Below are positions 49,638 to 62,834 of a DNA stretch of 64,000 bases, one piece after another. The first letter of the stretch is position 1, and every line of letters begins with the position of its first letter. The stretch is from Pristiophorus japonicus (lineage: Eukaryota). The translations under genes and the position numbers were made by a program. The notes under the pieces are model-generated. The model had not been told where the DNA came from. It made no database searches and worked only from the letters and a program-made list of their open reading frames with translations. The stretch lies in assembly GCF_044704955.1 (NCBI RefSeq), contig NC_091977.1, positions 261,702,001-261,766,000 of the forward strand. Direction: 5' to 3'.

Positions 49638-51265
49638 ATAAGAACATAAGAAACAGGAGCAGGGATAGGCCATTCAGCCCCTCGAGCCTGCTCTGCCATT
49701 CAATGAGATCATGGCTGATCTACCTCAACTCCACTTTCTTGCACTATCCCCATAATATCCCCCTTGATACCCTTAATATCCAAAAATCTATCGCTCTCTG
49801 TCTAGAATATTCTTAACGACTGAGCTTCCACAGCACTTTGGAGTAGAGAATTCTAAAGATTCACCATGCTCTGAGTGAAGAAATTTCTCTGCATCTCAGA
49901 CCTAAATGGCCGACCCCTTATTCTGAGACTGTGACCTCTGGTTCTAGACTCCCCAGCCAGGAGAAACGTCCTCCCTACATGTACCCTGTCAAGTCCTGTA
50001 AGGATTTTGTATGTTTCATTGAGATCACCTCTCATTCTTCTAACCTCTAGAGAATATAGGCTGAGTCTACTCAATCTCTCCTCATAGGGCAATCCCCCCA
50101 TCCCAGGAATCAGCCTGGTGAACCTTTGTTGCACTCCCTCTATGGCAAGTACATTCTTCTTTAGATAAGGAGAACAAAATAGAACTGGAGAAATTAATTG
50201 GACTGAAAGCTGATAAATCCCCTGGACCTGATGGCCAACATCCTAGGGTTTTGAAAGATGTGGCTATAAAGATAGTGGATGCATTGGTTGTCATCTTCCA
50301 AAATTCCATAGATTCTAGAACGGTTCCCACAGATTGGAAGGTAGCAAATCCAAAGGGTTTATCGGCTTTCAGTCCCATTAATTCCTCCAGTATTATTTTC
50401 TTTACTCATTCTCGCTAGACCCTTGGAATTTAACCCCATGAAGACAGACACATTGGGGTTAAATTCCGGCCTTGCCGGGTCCATATGCAATGTGCATGTG
50501 CCGAAAACCAGCATTTCCGATCTGTCAAGATTTCGCTTGATAGATCCTCCGCACCCCCACAGGACGGACATTCGTGCTATTTGCCCATCTCTTGCCCAGC
50601 GCATGTCCTTGAAACTTTTACGCCTGGTAAAAGCAGGCACATAGCTTAAAACATATAAAAATTAAATTTAAATACATATTTTTAGAGTAAAAACCCTGTC
50701 TATTAAGATAGGTTTATTTTAAACCCTATTAAAACACACACAACAAAATTTTAAAAATATATATATTTCTAAAACATTTAATTAACTTGTTGTGTTTCTT
50801 GTTTTACGGGTTTATTCGCATTGATAGTAATGGGAACTTGTAAAAATGGAGTTCCCATTGCTATGAATGAGAATACTGCAGAGTGATTGGTGGTCTAGGG
50901 CCACATGACTCCAGCTTTTTTATAGGTGTGAGGGAGTCCTCTTCCCGTACGCGACACATCAAATCTTGGCCTCGGACCAGAATCGAAGACGCCTCCGGGA
51001 CCACCAGGTACATTTGTAGAAACATTTTGGGTCGGAGGCGTTCGTTCGAAGGAAGCCTCCCACCAGAATTTTAGGACCAAAGTATTTGTTTAATTTCTCT
51101 GCCATTTCCCTATTCCCCATTTTAATTTCTCCTGTAAGAGACCCACATTTACTTTCGCAAATTTTTTTTTCCTTTTAAATACCTATAGAAGCTTCTACAG
51201 TCTGTCTTTGTGCCTTTTGCTAGTTTACTCTCATTCTATTTTTCCTTTCTTTATCAATTTCTTGA
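49638..51265 (-). mobile_element. Rearranged CR1 (internal inverted segment ~50180-50350; MITE inserted at ~50418-51078)
   Basis: QRFTRLIPGM...RGDLNETYKIL on the minus strand, KSPGPDG.HPRVLK on the plus strand, and minus-strand CR1 resumes after the MITE. Confidence 0.8.
50418..51078. mobile_element. Harbinger-like MITE, family C (inverted copy)
   Basis: Reverse complement of the right end matches 11334-11415 (GCCTCCGACC.AAA..TT.TACAAA.GTACCTGGTG). Confidence 0.75.
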
Positions 51266-51928
51266 GAGGAATGTTGTTGCTAGGCTGCTATTGCTTCCCA
51301 TAGATTACAATTTAAAACAACAACTTACATTTTTATAGCACCTTTAACATTAAAAAAAAGTGCAAGGGCTTCCACAGAGACAGAAGAACTATGTTAAATT
51401 TTGCAAATTTGATACGTAAGAAATTAACCAATGCTAAATGGAGGTATGTGACATACAGTGTGTATCCTCCAGTGAAGCATACAGTGTGTATCCTCCGGTG
51501 AAGTAACTTAATAACTCAAGATAGATAAAGTCACAAGTGAGTTATTTTCGGCCCCTTGAGTGGAGCATAAATTAATATCCCACAGCATATTCTTTCAGCT
51601 ACACATGTTAAGTTAGCAATTACAGTTAAAAATAATACAATTTGAATTAGGCATTGACTTTAGATGGACTGTATTGGTTTGTTGATTGTGAAATGGAACT
51701 GATGACATCAGTGTAAAACATTTTTTCTTTCTCACATTGCTATCTTTATTACGTCACTACATTCAAAATATATTTCACAAAGGCCATGTCTTCACCTGTG
51801 ATAAAACATTGGATTTCTGATCAGTTAATGCAATAAGTCTCATAACAAACAAATTGTCCACGAACCAAGGACCAACCTAAAAAATAGTCTGATTTTGACA
51901 GAAAAAAGTGTGATGAACAATCCTCCCA

Positions 51929-54770
51929 CATAGAATCATAGAAAATTATGACAGAAGGAGGCCATTCGGCCCATTGTGTCTGTGCCGGTCGTAAAAGAGC
52001 TACCCAGCCGAATCCCACCATCCACCACTAGGTCTGAAGCCCTGTAGGTTACGGCTCTTTGGCCCCAAGTTTCCACATGATTTGCTCCTGGTTTTTAGGA
52101 GCAACTGGTGTAGAACAGAGTATCTTAGAAATCGGAATTCTCCACATTTAGTTTGCTCCAGTTCTAGTCAGTTAGAACAGTTTCACTTTAGAACAGATTT
52201 TTTTTTTCAAAAGGGGGCGTGTCCGGCCACTTACGCCTGATTTCAAAGTTTCGTGAGTGAAAACTTACTCCAAACTAACTTAGAATGGAGTAAGTGAAGA
52301 TTTTTGTATGCTCGAAAAAACCTTGTCTACACTTTAGAAAATCAGGCGTAGATTACAAATTAGGCGTAGGGAACGAGGTGGGGGGAGGAGGGGGGGGAAG
52401 GGAAGTCATTAAATTCTACAATCAATCCTTAGTTATACTTATACAAATATTATACAAATAAATCCAACCTGAATAAAAATTTATAAGCAAAGAAAAGATT
52501 AAATAAACCATGTTCCTACCTGTGTGAAAGTGCTTCAGGCAGGCCTTTCATGTTGGAGACAGGCACGTTGTGGCGTCAGTGTCTCGACGGCAGCGGCAGC
52601 AAGCTTCGAGCTGAGCTGCAGTGCTTGAGGCAGGCCTTCATTCTCTTCGTGGCTGGCCGCGAAGAAGCAGCACCGGACGGACCCGAGGCCATTCGGCCAT
52701 GAGATATCAGCGGCGTCAGTGGCTGGCCAGTAGCCGAAGAATCAGCAGCGGACGGACGTGAGGCCATTCGGCCATAGGATATCAGCGGCGTCAGTGGCTG
52801 GCCGGCAGCCGAAGATACAGCAGCAGCCTTCGAGCTGTGAGGGGGACTGAGGCCATTTGGACAGGGAGAGACAGTCACATCGACAGTTTTTTATTTAAAT
52901 TTGCAGAATGGGTGCTGCATTGTCAACACCACGTATTATTGCAAAGTTGAATTGGCACTCTTATTTCTCCAAACACACAGTCCTTAATTTGCATGCACCA
53001 ATGCAGCACCGGTTCTGCAAGTTTAGCAGTGAAAAGCTGAACTCACTGATTTCAGCAGGTGATTTATTCAGCAGTGCTGTTAAAAGCACTCCTTCATACA
53101 CAGAAATATCAAAAAAAATTTAATTACAAGCCTTTGCAGGGGTCCAAGAAACAAATCTTCACTTTTTCTGCAGTATTTTTAAAAATGGCCGAGTGCCAAT
53201 GTTTATGTGAGACTGCGCATGCGCGCACGCTCCAACGCGCACGTGCAGGGTTGCCGGCACCTCGAAGGCTAATTTAAATTGTACCCGCCCCCTGCTACTT
53301 AGAAAATCGGCGTGAGTGTTAGGCTCCGCCCCCTGCTGCGAAGAGCGCGCTGCGCCAAGCAGACATCGAGCTCCAAGGAGCTCGAGAATATCGGACTTTT
53401 TTTTAGGCGCAGTTTTCGGCGCGAAAAATAGGCGCCCAGCTCGGAGGTGCGCCGTTTTCGCTGCGGCACGATACTTGGAGCCTTTAAGTGCACATTCAAG
53501 TATCTTTTAAATGTGATGAGAGTTTCTGTCCCTACCACCCTTTCAGGCAGTGAGTTCCAGACCCCCACCACCCTCTGGGTGAAGAAATGTTTCCTCATCT
53601 CCCCTTGAATCCTTCCACCAATTACTTTAAATCTATGCCCCCTGGTTATTGACCCCTCTGCTGAGGGAAATAGGGCCTTCCTATCCACTCTTTCTAGGTC
53701 CCTCATAATTTTATACACCTCAATTAAATCTCCCCTCAGCCTCCTTTGTTCCAAGGAAAACAACCCTGCCTATCCAATCTTTCCTCATAGCTAAAGTTTT
53801 CCAGTTCTGGAAACATCCTCGTAAATCTCCACTGCACTCTTTCGACTGCAATCTTATTCTTCCTATAATGTGGTGACCAGAATTGTACGCTGTACTCAAG
53901 CTGTGGCCGAACTAATGTTTTATACAGTTCCAACATAACCTCCATGCTCTTGTATTCTGGGCCTCGGCTAATAAAGGAAAGCATTCCATATACTTTTTTA
54001 ACTACCTTATTGACCTGTCCTGCTACCTTTAAGGATCTGTGGACATATACTCTAAGGTCCCTCTGTTTCTCCACACTTCTTAGTATCCTTTCATTTATTG
54101 TGTATCCCTTTGCCTTGTTGCCCCTCCTGAAATGCATTATCTCACACCTTTCTGGATTGAATTCCTTTTTCCACTTTTCTGCCCAACTGACCAGTTCATC
54201 GATATCTTCCTGCAGTCCGGAGCTTTCCTCCTCACTGTCAACCACACGGCCAATTTTTGTATCATCTGCAGATTTCTTTATCATGCCGTCTACATGTAAG
54301 TCGAAATCATTAATATATACTACAAAAAGTAAGGGACCGAGTACTGAGCCCTGTGGAACCCCACTGGAAACAGCCTTCCAGTCACAAAAGCTCCCCTCAA
54401 CCATTATCCTTTACTTCGTGCCACTGAGCCAATTTTGGATCCAATTTGCCACAGTCTCTTGCATCCAATGGACTTTTGTTTTTTTGATCAGCCTACCATG
54501 TGGGACCTTGTCAAAAGCTTTCCTAAAATCCATGTATACTACATTAAATACACTGCCCTCATCGACCCTCCTTGTTACCTCCTCAAAGAACTCAATCAAG
54601 TTAGTCAGACACGGCATTCCCTTATCAAATCCATGCTGACTGACCTTGATAAATCTGTGTCTTTCTAAATGAAGGTTTATGCTGTCCCTCAGAATTGATT
54701 CCAGTAATTTGCACACCACCAAGGTTAAACTAACTGGCCTGTAATTGTTCGGTGTAACGCTTCCTCCCTT
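51929..54770 (-). mobile_element. CR1 LINE RT region, interrupted by the element at 52061-53482
   Basis: [37 protein letters not shown]. Tail (TTCTATGA)n at 51929. Confidence 0.9.
52061..53482. mobile_element. 1.4-kb Harbinger-like non-autonomous element
   Basis: TIRs GGCCCCAAGTTTC / GATACTTGGAGCC, TTT TSD, host CR1 restored on removal, internal ~75-bp tandem duplication at 52685-52820. Confidence 0.8.
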
Positions 54771-55432
54771 GGGGCTTAAAACTCAATCTGTAGTTTTTAG
54801 TTTTTGACTGATTTGAAAGTTACAATGTATGAAATTTAAAATTTCTAATTGGATCAATCCAACATTCCAATATTTCTTGAGATCTCTTGGGATACTTGTC
54901 TTTATTGCTGAGGCATGGAATACAAGAGCAGGGAGATTATGCATGAACTGTATAAAACATGAGTTAGGCTGCAACGAAACCTGTGGAATTCCCTGCCGCA
55001 GAGAGTTGTTGATGCTAGTTCATTGGATATATTCAAGAGGGAGTTCGATATGGCCCTCACGGCTAAGGGGATCAAGGGGTATGGAGAGAAAGCAGGAAAG
55101 GGGTACTGAGGGAGTGATCAGCCATGGTCTTATTGAATGGCGGTGCAGGCTCGAAGGTCCGAATGGCCGACTCCTGCACCTATTTTCTATGTTTCCATGT
55201 TTCTATGAAAGTACTGAGTGCAATTCTGGTCACCACATTACAGGAAAGATGTGACTGCACTAGATAGGATACAGATGAGATTTACAAGGATGTTGCCTGG
55301 ACTGGAGAATTTTAGCTATGAAGAAAGATTGAATAGGCTGGGTTTGTTTTCTTTGGAACAGAGGAGGCTGATGGGAAACCTTATTGTGATATCTTCTGTA
55401 CAACCTCACAAACACACAGGCTTTAAGATGGC

Positions 55433-56558
55433 TGCAAAGTTAAAGCACATGGGATTGGGGGTAGTGTGCTGACATGGATTGAGAACTGGTTGTCAGACAG
55501 GAAGCAAAGAGTAGGAGTAAATGGGGACTTTCAGAATGGCAGGCAGTGACTAGTGGGGTACCGCAAGGTTCTGTGCTGGGGCCCCAGCTGTTTACACTGT
55601 ACATTAATGATTTAGACGAGGGGATTTGCGGATGACACTAAGTTGGGTGGCAGTGTGAGCTGCGAGGAGGATGCTATGAGGCTGCAGAGCGACTTGGATA
55701 GGTTAGGTGAGTGGGCAAATGCATGGCAGATGAAGTATAATGTGGATAAATGTGAGGTTATCCACTTTGGTGGTTAAAAACAGAGAGACAGACTATTATC
55801 TGAATGGTGACAGATTAGGAAAAGGGGAGGTGCAAAGAGACCTGGGTGTCATGGTACATCAGTCATTGAAGGTTGGCATGCAGGTACAGCAGGTGGTTAA
55901 GAAAGCAAATGGCATGTTGGCCTTCATAGCGAGGGGATTTGAGTACAGGGGCAGGGAGGTGTTGCTACAGTTGTACAGGGCCTTGGTGAGGCCACACCTG
56001 GAGTATTGTGTACAGTTTTGCTCTCCTAACCTGAGGAAGGACATTCTTGCTATTGAGGGAGTGCAGCGAAGGTTCACCAGACTGATTCCCGGGATGGCGG
56101 GACTGACCTATCAAGAAAGACTGGATCAACTGGGCTTGTATTCACTGGAGTTCAGAAGAATGAGAGGGGACCTCATAGAAACGTTTAAAATTCTGACGGG
56201 TTTAGACAGGTTAGATACAGGAAGAATGTTCCCAATGTTGGGGAAGTCCAGAACCAGGGGACACAGTCTAAGGATAAGGGGTAAGCCATTTAGAACCGAG
56301 ATGAGGAGGAATTTCTTCACCCAGAGAGTGGTGAACCTGTGGAATTCTCTACCACAGAAAGTTGTTGAGGCCAATTCACTAAATATATTCAAAAAGGAGT
56401 TCGATGAATTCCTTACTACTAGGGGGATCAAGGGGTATGGTGAGAAAGCAGGAACGGGGTACTGAAGTTGCATGTTTAGCCATGAACTCATTGAATGGTG
56501 GTGCAGGCTAGAAGGACCGAATGGCCTACTCCTGCACCTATTTTCTATATTTCTATGA
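55433..56558 (+). mobile_element. CR1 LINE, 5'-truncated
   Basis: ORF 55740..56465 is the CR1 RT C-terminus; tail TTTCTATATTTCTATG. Confidence 0.92.
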
Positions 56559-56634
56559 TGTGTTCCCTCTTCATTGTTGTAAACATCAATAGCTGCATTA
56601 CCACAGTAGTCCACTGGGTGGAGCTATATATATT

Positions 56635-59030
56635 AGAAACATAGAAAATAGGTGCAAGAGTAGGCCATTCGGCCTTTCAAGCCTGCACCACCATTCAGCA
56701 AGATCATGGCTGATCATTCACCTCATTACCCCTTTCCTACTTTCTCTCCATACCCCTTGATCTCTTTAGCCGTAAGGGCCATATCTAACTCCTTCTTGAA
56801 TATATCCAACAAATTGGCCTCAACAACTTTCTGCAGTAGAGAATCCCACAGGTTAACAATTTTCTGAGTGAAGAAGTTTCTCCTCATTTCGGTCCAAAAT
56901 AGCCTACCCTTATTCTTAGACTGTGATCCCTGGTTCTGGACTTCCCCAACATCGGGAACATTCTTCCTGCATCTAACCTGTCCAATCCCGTCAGAATTTT
57001 CTATGTTTCTATGAGATCCCCTCTCATTCTTTTAAACTCCAGTGAATACAGGCCCAGTTGATCCAGTCTCTCCTCATATGTCAGTCCTGCCATCCCGGGA
57101 ATCAATCTGGTGAACCTTCGGTGCACTCCCTCAATAGCAAGAACGTCCTTCCTCAGATTAGGAGACCAAAACTAAACACAATATTCCAGGTGAGGCCTCA
57201 CCACGGCCCTGTACAACTGCAGTAAGACCTCCCTGCTCCTATACTCAAATCCCCTAGCTATGAAGGCCAACATGCCATTTGCCTTCTTCACAGTCTGCTG
57301 TACCTACATGTCAACTTTCAATGACTGATGTACCATGACACCCAGGTCTCATTGCACCTCCCCTGTTCTTAATATGTCATCATTCAGATAATATTCTGCC
57401 TTCCTGTTTTTGCCACCAAATTGGATAACCTCACATTTATCCACATTATACTGCATCTGCCATGCATTTGCCCTTCACCTAACCTGTCCAAGTCACTCTG
57501 CAGCCTCATAGCATCCTGCTCAGAGCCCACACTGCCACCCAACTTAGTGTCATCTGCAAACTTGGAGATATTACTCTCAATTCCTTCATCTAAATCATTG
57601 ATGTATATTGTAAATAGCTGGAGTCCCGGCACTGAACCCTGCGGCACCCCACTAGTCACTGCCTGCCATTCAGAAAAGGACCCATTCATTCTGACTCTGC
57701 TTCCAGTCTGCCAACCAGTTCTCTATCTGCGTCAGTATATTACCCCAATATCATGTGCTTTGATTTTGCACACCAATCTCTTGTGTGGGACCTTGTCAAA
57801 AACCTTTTGAAAGTCAAAATACACCACATCCACTGGTTCTCCCTTGTCCACTCTGCTAGTTACATCCTCAAAAAATTCTAGAAGATTTGTCAAGCATGAT
57901 TTCCCTTTCATAAATCCATACTGACTTCGACCGATCCTGTCACTGCTTTCCAAATGCGCTGCTATGTCATCTTTAAAATTGATTCCAACATTTTCCCCAC
58001 TACCGATGTCAGGCTAACCGGTTTATAATTGCCCGTTTTCTCTCTCCCACCTTTTTTAAAAAGTGGTGTTACATTAGCTACCCTCCAGTCTATCGGAACT
58101 GATCCAGAGTCGATAGACTGTTGGAAAATGATCACCAATGCATCCACTATTTCTAGGGCCACTTCCTTAAGTACTCTGGGATGCAGACTATCAGGCCTGG
58201 GGATTTATCGGCCTTCAATCCCATCAATTTCCCTAACACAATTTCCTGACTAATAAGGATTTCCTTCAGTTCCTCCTTCTCACTAGACCCTCGGTCCCCT
58301 ACTATTTCCGGAAGGTTATTTATGTCTTCCTTTGTGAAGAAGAACCAAAGTATTTGTTCAATTGGTCTGCCATTTCTTTGTTTTCCATTATAAATTCACC
58401 TGATTCTGACTGCAAGAGACCTACATTTGTCTTCACTAATCTTTTTCTCTTCACATAGCTATAGAAGCTTTTGCAGTCAGTTTTTATGTTCCCAGCAAGC
58501 TTCCTCCCATACTCTATTTTCCCCCTCCTAATTAAACCCTTTGTCCTCCTCTGCTGAAATCTAAATTTCTCCCAGTCCTCAGGTTTGCTGCTTTTTCTGG
58601 CCAATTTATATGCCTCTTCCTTGGATTTAACACTATCCCTAATTTCCCTTGTTAGCCATGGTTGAGCCAACTTCCCCGTTTTATGCCAGACAGGGATGTA
58701 CAATTGTTGAAGTTCATCCATGTGATCTTTAAGTGTCTGCCATTGCCTATCCACCGTCAACCCTTTAAGTATCATTCGCCAGTCTATTCCAGCCAATTCA
58801 CGTCTCGTACCATCGAAGTTACCTTTCCTTAAGTTCAGGACCCGAGTCTCTGAATTAGCTGCGTCACTCTCCATCTTAATGAAGAATTCTACCATATTAT
58901 GGTTACTCTTCCCCAAGGGGCCTTGAACAACAAGATTGCTAATTAATCCTTTCTCATTACACATCACCCAGTCAAGGATGGCCAGCCCTCTAGTTGCTTC
59001 CTCGACATATTGGTCTAGAAAACCATCCCT
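56635..59030 (-). mobile_element. CR1 LINE, 5'-truncated
   Basis: ORFs 58320..59081, 57962..58162, 57732..57953 and 57384..57689 (KFADDTK); tail at 56635. Confidence 0.92.
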
Positions 59031-62000
59031 ATACACTTCTCCCTCCTTAATGAAGAAGTACTTATAACAAATAATCATCATACATAACTTGCATGGTTAT
59101 ACATAACAAAGGATATGGAATTATTTTGCCATATTTGCAAATCAAACTTAACCACTGGTTTTCTGTTTCGAAAAGGATACCTTCGCTTTCGAACAGAACC
59201 TTCCAAACATTGAAGTTAGACTTATTCTGGGCTGATCCAAAGGAAAGTTTACCTCCAAGGGATGCCATTGATTTACATTTGAACTCTCTACAACTTCAGA
59301 CTGTCTCGAACTCAGACTTAAATTCTGACTTTCTCTTGGATTTGTTTCTAGTACATTTGATGTTGGATATGCTACTGGTACTGTGCTTGTAATAAGACTA
59401 TCTGATGAATCAGAAGTAATCAAATCATTCCAAATTTCAACTCCTTCCACATCTGAAGGTAAAATATGATCAATGTGAACAAAACTCAACTGTCCATGAT
59501 TAATCATCTTGACAAAATATGTGCGAGGACCACATATCTTCACCACTCTTTCTGGTAACTACTTTAACCATTTATGGTGATGGTTTTTCATTCTCATCTT
59601 CTGATTTAATTTCACACTTCTCTCTTTTATTCTAAATGGTAGCCTATTAAATTGATACAGGCCTAAATGAGTATTTATAGTCAAGCATGACTTGGACTCC
59701 ACATCTAGTTCAAGTTGTAAGTAAGCATTTTTAAGATCCAACTTTGAGAAAATCTGACCATCTGTCAGTGCTGTGAACAAATCTTCTACATTTGGCAATG
59801 TATTGGGGAGATTACCCTCGAGAACCTGGTTTATTTTATAATCACCACACAACCGTAACTTACCATCGGACTTAGGTACAACAACAATGGGTGTAGCCCA
59901 ATTACATAGATCTATTTTCGAGATAATGTTCGCAGTCTCTAGTCTTTTGAGTTCTTGCTCAACTTTCTCCTTGAGTGCATATGGTATGGGACGGGGCTTG
60001 CAGTAAACTGGTCTAGCATCTTTCTTTACTCTGACATTCGCCTTGAAGCCTTGGATCAGACTGCCTGTTTCACAGAACACCTTCGCATACTTCTTGGTTA
60101 TATCATCCTTCAATGCAAATCTCATTTCAACATGCAAAATCTCACTCCAATCCAGTTTCTGTGATCCCAACCAATTTCTTCCTAATAAGGCAAGCTTGTC
60201 TCCTGCCACTACGAAGAGAGGCAAGCGTGACCTGTTCCCTCTTTATTGTTTTAAACAGCTATGGCTGCATTATCAGTTGTCCACGAGGTGGAGCTATATA
60301 TATTACACTTATTGAGGTGCATAAAATTATATGGGGCCTAAATAGAGTTGATAGATGGGACCTATTTCCCTTATCAGAGGGGTCAACAACCAGGGAGCAT
60401 AGATTTAAAGTAATTGATAGGAAGTTTAGAGGATAGATGAAGGGAAATGTATTCACCCAAAGCATGGTGGGGGTCTGGAACTCACTGCCTGAAAGGGTGG
60501 TAGAGACAGAAACCCTCACCACATTTAAAAAGTACTTAGATGTGCACTTGAAGTGCCGTAACCTACAGGGTTACGGACCTAGAGCTGCAAAGTGGGATTA
60601 GGCTGGAAAGCTCTTTGTCGGCCGGCACGGACATGATGGGCTGAAATAGCCTCCTTCCATGCTGTAGAGTTCTATGATTCTATGATTTTCTTATTCAATG
60701 GGGATTCTAAAATCTGTCCAGATAGTGAGGAAATTGGTAACCAGAATATTTTATTTTTCTTGTGTTTTATGGGTTCATTACCATTTAATTTGTTTTTCTG
60801 CTACTTTTGTCTTTGTGGTCTCCCATGGTGCACACCTCCTAAACACAAGGTAAGTGGACAAGCTCCCAGACCTCTGCCAAAGCTGTCTTTGAGCTTACCA
60901 CCAGAAGCCTGGTGATAATCCTCTTGATTTTTTTTCTTCCTCCCTTCCTGGGAAAGGCACCTGGATTCATCTCAACCCGTTCCCTCACCACAAGGTTAAG
61001 ATAAGGAGCTGAGTGGGAATCAATCTTGTACCCTTTGCAGCACTGCTGTAAGTGCTTCATCTTTCCCACTGTCTAAATGGCTGCCCAGTTCGAGAGTTCC
61101 AGAAACAACATTCATTATTCATGCGGCACATCTGGGCATGTCCCACAAGCGTGTGGAGAGCATGAAGCTGAAAACAGCATAATCAAGAAAAGCAGGAGAG
61201 ATCGCAAAGAAAAAGCAGCAGGAGAGCCGGGGCAGAGGGAATATTGAAACTGAAAGGTGCAAACTGAGAAAAGTGTGGTTAAGATTTTATATTTAATGTA
61301 TGTTTCCTGCTAGTTTTTTCCCCTTGTATCTCCTGGGTGATTATCGTGCATACATTTGTTTTGGATTTACGTATCACCAATTGAAACATTTGTACATTTC
61401 CGAATTCATTTTCGCCTGTGTGTTTACAGAAAAATAAAAATATTATCAAGCAAATTTAGGAAAATATAAACAAAAAGTATAGTCTACAGCAGTTTTCCTA
61501 ACTTCAGCTTTTAGAAATTACTAATCATCAGCAGTGGCTATATACATATGTTCCATTAAGATTAATGAAGTATTGTTTTCTTAGTTTCACCCCATACCTC
61601 ATCCCTGTTAAAGGCACTCATGGGAATATACTTTCACAGGTGCTGATTGTTGACGATCTTCTTGTGTGAATCTGGATAGTGAGCATCCCTCTTCTCTTCA
61701 TTTATGAGGAGCCACGACATTCCTGGCATCAGCTGATGTCCACACTTCATACATTCCAGCAGGGGAATAGCTGTCCAGGGTTGGAACTCAGAGTTTCTGA
61801 GTCCAGTTGCAGTGTCCCCATCACCACGACTGCTGTGAATGAGATCAGCGAACTCTGCGTAGAGCAGAGATCAAAGCAGATATCGTTCTGGTTTGCATGG
61901 TGCACTGCCACTTAAATGCTTATCAGGCATTGAGGAGCCCAAATAAGTATTCTTTATGTGCCCCAGTGATATACAGGGTTTTGGTAGGAGGATCTGAGTT

Positions 62001-62045
62001 TGGAACTGCGATCCCAATATGGGCATATGAGAGACAAAAGTCCAA

Positions 62046-62707
62046 GGGGGAGAATTTGGGTTGTTTAGCGCCACCATTCGCGCCATGCGGGATGCTAAGT
62101 TGCTAACACCTACTGCCCGAGCGCCGTGCTATGACAGCCCACCTCAAACTTTACCGGTGGTTTAGCGGCGGCACTGTCATTTAGCGCTGCGCACTTTAGC
62201 ACCACCCACTTGGTGACATCAAGAGTCTGCAATGTCCCTTAGCAATGCATTTCCAACACTGACTGCTTCCGCTTGCCGTAGCACCTTGCGCTACTCCTGA
62301 CGGGGGAAGCAGACGGTGCACAGAGGATCCCGGGGCGATATCTGAAGGACTAACCAGGTAAGTGTTGAGAGTCAAATTTTTAACAATTACTTACCTTCTC
62401 TTACCTGTGGAAGGCTGTTGGTAGCCTCGTTTCCATTTTTCTGCAGGTTTCATATGGTCTCATCTCCTCTTTAGGCACGAGCATACCGGTATCCTCGTGC
62501 CTCAACTTGAGAATTGCTCAAGCCCTACTGCTCCGCAATGGGCCTTTAGAGCCCTAAGAGGATAGTGCAACGCTTCCTTGGCGTTCCGCTCTCCTCTTGG
62601 GGCGATACGACTGAATATCCCACTTTGAGGTGGCAGACATCGCACAGTGCTAAAGGTAACGCCCCGGCAGCATCACCGCCTCAAAGCGGAAAATACAGAA
62701 TTTAGCA
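62046..62707. mobile_element. Harbinger-like MITE
   Basis: Starts GGGGGAGAATTT. GC-rich with a degenerate GAATTTAGC right end. Confidence 0.5.
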
Positions 62708-62834
62708 TGTTTTTGCTTCTTTAATTTTGTCACAGTACATAATGGATGAAAGAAACAAGTTCACATGTAGAATTCATACTCGAGCTTGACTTGATGCAGT
62801 AGACATAAATCTGTCCATTCGTCTGTGCTGAATT

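Larger units (their letters stand above)
55385..60307 (-). mobile_element. Internally deleted Gypsy element, with two CR1 insertions in one LTR
   Basis: TSD CTTAT at 55380-55384 and 60308-60312; TG...CA ends. LTR segment 56561-56634 matches 60233-60304 in direct orientation. PPT (reverse complement) at 59036-59048. RT motifs WATPIVVVPK, RLCGDYK, FSKLDL in ORF 59559..60224. Confidence 0.82.
54895..60685 (+). mobile_element. Host CR1 split by a short CR1 3' end (54976-55207) and a Gypsy (55385-60307)
   Basis: Reading frame QFWSPHYRKD...EQRRLMGNL|IEVHKII...WNSLPE continues at 60313. Confidence 0.8.

Noticed and set aside
51452-51503. 26-bp direct tandem duplication
   Set aside because: Real, but an ordinary local slippage or repair duplication.
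53944-54639. 231-aa plus-strand ORF (likewise 62761..63501 on the minus strand)
   Set aside because: Antisense shadow of CR1 ORF2.
61632-61915. Possible host exon after CTTTCACAG and ORF 61679..61915
   Set aside because: All three frames stop shortly after the acceptor; no donor or recognisable homology.
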